The notes under the pieces are model-generated. The model saw nothing but the letters and a program-made list of their open reading frames with translations. It did no database searches and was not told where the DNA came from. A stretch of 57,250 nucleotides of DNA, filler included, from Platydemus manokwari (lineage: Eukaryota): the NCBI GenBank assembly GCA_037951405.1. It is 5 parts of 5 records of this genome, joined end to end, with 100 filler letters (N's around TTAATTAATTAA, not from the genome) between each part and the next. Parts side by side here need not be neighbours in the genome. Positions count along the whole stretch, not along the records: positions 46,797 to 57,250 come from JBBMOY011132773.1; 4 more parts are not named here. The stretch is one strand, 5' to 3'. This document shows, in pieces, positions 52,538-57,250 of this stretch (its first letter is position 1; each line of letters starts with the position of its first letter). The position numbers were made by a program, and so were the translations under genes.

Positions 52538-53800
52538 TGTTGATTTTGGGGTTCTGTTGTTTTATTTTATTTGAACCTTCAAAGTTTGAATTTTTATTTG
52601 GTTTGGCAATATCTGAGTCTAATCAGATCTGTGAGTCCTTCTGACCCACAGGTAATCAGTAAACCTAATATTTTGATATTTCTTCGCCTCGATCAAACCA
52701 ATCCACGTAATAAGACAGGATGGGTGGCTCTAGATATTGCTATAATGATTTATATTATTATTAATCGTTTACTACTTTAACTATATCTTGTTAAAAAGGT
52801 GGTGAGATGATTTTTGATGATGATAATATTTACTGAAAATGATTTGTGGAACCTAATGGAACTTGCCAATTTACTATTAAGGAGACAATTTCTTTTATAA
52901 AAGTTTATTAATATGAATTACTACAATTAACTAAATAAAAATGACTACTTTTATACAATTATGACAAGTATGTTTAAATATAACAATACTTTTATACACT
53001 GAAACGATGGAAAATTATGGCACAATTCCAGATAAGCTTCGATAACAATCCTCCAATAGAGGTAGAACCGGGTGTTAAAGGTATTGGAGCTTAGTCCTAT
53101 AAATCGGAAGAAAATGCGTCTTTGATGGTATAGATAAACGATGATTTTACACGTATTGATCTTACTTTATCCCTACTCAATCTCCTATTGAATCGATAAA
53201 CAATCGTTAAATTGTTTCTTCCGGATAAATCTGGGCAAATCCCGCACGTGCAATTTAATCTTCTTTCTATGCGTCGATCTTGCTAATGTGGTGTGGTTCT
53301 ACTGTTGTTAATGTGCTATCGTCTCGCTTATTAATTGCAGTCACTGCCTTATGTAGGCAGCGATGACTCATTCGCGGATATTTTCTGCGAATTTAATTTA
53401 TTATCGTGCATATGTGTTTAATGCACTGGAATATTTTAAGGCGGCGAAAAATTCTCTGCCATTAATGCTGCCATGCCAGAGAGAATTTCTCTGTGATTAT
53501 TTTATTCCATGGCTATTAAATTTAATTCTTGATATTCATTGCACATGTATTTATTTAATCAAGATATTTATTTAATGCCTAGCTATTTAATTTATTTTAG
53601 GTGTATATTTGTCTCCAATGCGCGATAATAGGTGTTGGATATTTGCTGCGCGATAACACATTACGGGTCATTTATTATTGTGTATTTTTTATTATAAGGG
53701 AAATTTTTAAAGGGTTTTCAGTTGTAATATTTTGTGGGATATTTTAGACGGGTAATGCAATATTATCTGGAATTATAATCCAAAAAAATTAAATATTATT
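52538..53800 (-). mobile_element. Solo-LTR-like repeat (long-LTR family, copy 2); far boundary approximate
   Basis: TGTTG terminus at 52538 and TTTCTTCGCCTCG shared with copy 1. 53340-53760 is collinear with 55650-55960 (TAGGCAG..TCGC.GATATT, GAGAGAA.TT.TCT, GTGATTATTTTATTC, TGCGCGA.AATAG). Confidence 0.55.
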
Positions 53801-54911
53801 TTCATGCAATATACTTTTATACATTGATACTAATTCATGCAAATAACGACGTCAGTTTTTTCAAAACCCTAACATTATAATTAAATATTCGTCTATATTC
53901 TATAAATAATTTAGATTAGGCACCTGGCTCTAATGTTGTGTGTATAATATTAACCAAATAACATATAAAACGTTAGGATATAAATCAATAAGAAAATAAG
54001 TAATTCAATTTAAATAAGATATAATTAGTATGCCAATTCTTAATACAATAAAATGCAATATTTTCATGAAACACAAAATTGAGATAAGATCGTCAAATAA
54101 CCAGGTTGAGCTATGTTTATTCGTTTTGTAATATTTTCTAATATTTTATTCTATTTGGATAGAAAAAATGATATTAAGTGTTGCCTTATAATTAAGCTAG
54201 TATGGGCCTTCTTTTGCTAAATAGCTTGTCGGTGGTTAGGTCCAAAGGTAGCGCAACCATTAAGTCGGGAGCTCAGTTTATATAAGTTTTGACTTTATTT
54301 AGATTATAAGTAAACTTGCTTCATACTAGAATTTTTATGGTTGGTTATGAAGACTTTATAATTATGACTTTATAATTAATAAAAATCACCAAATAGTCTG
54401 TCAATAATTTATTTTTGTAAATAGCAAAGATGGACAAAGCTGACCTGAATGTAATATTCTCACAGAAATTTTATGGCAAACAATTGTAATGAAAATAATA
54501 TTTGTAATAAAGTTCTTCAATGAAATCAATCAATATTCTTCAAATTTAATATCCTTTCTTTGAATTGAGCTTTGAAATATTTCAGTTGCGATTCTGTTTT
54601 GTTTAGTGGTTCGTACAAAATTTCATTCCTTGATATTGACGTGAAAAATCATTGATTATACAATTAAATGAATTGGTATTTGAAAAGATCTGTAGTAGAT
54701 ATTGGTCATATTTAGCTAGAGTGCTTATTGAAAATGTGTCAATATTCAAGTAGAAGGCAGGACCATGAGAATCAGATCTGTCAGATTATTTAGATATCAT
54801 TCGAAAAATGCCCTTTTGAAAACTTTACTTTTTATTATAAAAATGTTATGATAAATATAATAATTTAAATATTATCACATCGAAAATTTATATTTATTTA
54901 CAGTGAATTAG

Positions 54912-55960
54912 TGTTACGTTCGGGCCTTATTGATTTTATTGTTTTACTAAGCTTAATGTCATTTGATATCACTACTGTCTCTATGAACTCTTGATTAAGG
55001 CCACGGGTATAATATACCTTATATTGATGTTCCTTCTTATTGTGTGAAGACAATAGGTGTGGCAGTAGCGATATATTCTAATTAATTTAATTATCAGTCT
55101 CAAAATACTTAACCCTATTCAAACTGTTAACTATGTCTATTACAATGGTTATGAATAATTGACGTTAAATCCTATATAATTAAGAACTAAAATTTAATTC
55201 TACAAATGTTTATTAAGTATAACACCGATACATAAACTGATTAACATAAAATAAAATAAAAATTACAGATTAATTTTTAAAACTACATTATACATCAATT
55301 TACACTAAAGACGAACCTTACAACTTCTGGATTAAGTTGACGATTAATAAACTCTACACTCTTGGGGCAAAATCGGTTACCTTCAAGAATTTTGAAAAAC
55401 AAATTTTATAATATGAACAAAACGATACGATATATAATATAAATCAATATTTTACAGGTATGGTCTTACTTTGGGTCTTCCAGCAAATGCCAACATGTAT
55501 AGTAAAATTGGTCTTCTGCACCAGATGATCTTCTTCTGTGCTTCAAATTGAAATTCAAATGATGTGTTGTCTCAAATCGATGTAGCGTATAATTCGTGGA
55601 GATAATATCAGTATTGTGTCAACAAAACTTATGTCAAAACAGTGACCGTATTGATTGTGGTTACATCCTCATATAGGCAGTGTGAATCGCTCGCAGATAT
55701 TCTCTTATTCGCTGGTGAGAGAAATTCTCTCTGAATAAATTTATTAGACAGAGAAAATATCTCTCGATTAAATTTAATTGAGTGATTATTTTATTCTGTG
55801 ACATGATTTTCATGCGCGAAAATAGATGACAATTTATTTGTCGTTGTTAATGCGTGATATCTTATTGGGCATTGATATTTTATAAATTAATTTATTATTT
55901 TAGGGAATTTCGATGGATTTGCTATTGGTGATTTTATTGGTATTATTATTTTACATATAT
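54912..55960 (-). mobile_element. Solo-LTR-like repeat (long-LTR family, copy 3); far boundary approximate
   Basis: TGTTACGTT terminus at 54912, collinear with copy 1 (reverse of 6274-5780) and copy 2. TATA-like CCTATATGAGG on the minus strand near 55670. Confidence 0.55.
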
Positions 55961-57076
55961 AAAAATTATTATTATTATAAATGTCAATATTTTAAACAGG
56001 TTTTTTGTCCATAAAATCCAAGAGTTGTAAAAACAAAAAATACATGTTGATTAAATAAAAATTGATACAATAAAAATTAGTGCATATTTCGTACTCTAGA
56101 ACCCCAAAATTCGTAATTTTTTTGGTTCAGATGTCAAATAGTTTTTCAGAACATTTTTTGTTCGTTTATCGCCAGTTTTGATCTCTATTGATTATTGAGA
56201 TCATTGTATTGAAATTATGTTATTCATCATTATTGATATTGTTTATCATATTGTTTACTGAGAAAATGGAGATTGCTTGGGTTTGTTCCATAAGAAATTG
56301 ATGAATTCAGACCTAAGCAAATAGTTAGCTTTTTTAATTTAAATCGATCGATTTAATTTATGTTCAATTTGATTAAATTCGATTTTTGATATTGGATTTC
56401 TATATAATTTTAATATTTAAATGTAAAGAGGAAATAACCTGGACAGAAAATGATGATTTAATAAAATAATAGCAATAAATCATAATGAATAAAAAATAAA
56501 ATAAATCAATCAATTAATTATTGCCAATAAAGAAAAAACATAATCTGTATAAAAAAATCAATTAATAGTTAACACTTACAAAAAATAAAGCCAATTTTAA
56601 ATGCAATAATGAACATTTAATTTTCATAATAACACCCATGCCTTCTTCAAATCGAGGCACTATAAATATTATCAATGAGCACATTTTCCTTCTCCGTCCT
56701 CTTCGAGCTATCGACAATTAACTTGCTTAATTAATCGAAAATTGTTTCTAATAATTGTTGCTTATTCTTTTATTTTACATTAACATTTTAGATTTTTCTA
56801 AAATAAAGTTTTTCCCCAAATTGTTGTTTTCTTGATATAAAGAGAAAAGGCCAATAGTTATCCACATTTTGTTATCATGATAAATAGACAGGTATTGATT
56901 AAATTTCATTTAGTTTTGATCTGTTTGTGGTTATATTCAGTCTAATTTCCTTTCAGTCCTTAATAATTAATTTAAAACCTTTAGATATTTTTGGCGATAG
57001 TATAATTTTCAATACTTGCTTTCGAATTCAATTGCAAAACACAAAAATAATTCAGACTACAATAAAATAATTAATA

Positions 57077-57250
57077 TGTTGGGGTTCTGGCCCAACTAGT
57101 TAATTAAAACAATGGATTTACATTGAAAAATGTGTGCATGACAGTACGTATTAAATGTGTATTAATTTTTATGGTATTAATTTTTATTTTTTATCTATGT
57201 GTATTTTTATGACCTTCACTTTCTGGAGAAAAGATCTGTTTAAAATATTA
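57077..57250 (+). repeat. LTR-like dispersed repeat, second copy of 18243-18346
   Basis: Same TGTTGGGGTTCTGG start and closely similar over ~100 nt. Probably continues past the window end. Confidence 0.75.

Noticed and set aside
52538-55960. Two long-LTR copies as the paired LTRs of one element
   Set aside because: They are very diverged and no PBS, PPT or coding interior was found between them; independent insertions are more likely.

Overview
AT-rich eukaryotic (metazoan) genomic DNA with ~52-nt GT-AG introns; a flatworm/planarian-like source is my inference only. The window is not continuous. Four artificial 100-nt joins (44 N + TTAATTAATTAA + 44 N) split it into five pieces, and there are three ordinary N gaps. 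Intact coding sequence is limited to the last three exons of a CHMP4/Snf7 (ESCRT-III) gene, the last two exons of a CYP20A1-like P450, and the terminal exon of USP7. The rest is decayed mobile DNA and pseudogenes: a STRA6/RBPR2-like pseudogene, a 5'-truncated R2/NeSL-type (REL-endonuclease) non-LTR retrotransposon, mariner remnants, two 371-bp hAT derivatives, long solo-LTR-like repeats and a foldback-type modular repeat. The most notable unlisted signal is a five-copy family of ~0.5-kb non-coding LTR elements (TRIM-like: ~155-bp TG..CA LTRs, tRNA-type PBS, PPT, near-perfect 5-bp TSD). Other signals are a perfect 37-bp inverted repeat and the CYP20 3' exons having no recognisable upstream exons. 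I found no convincing novel multi-gene system.
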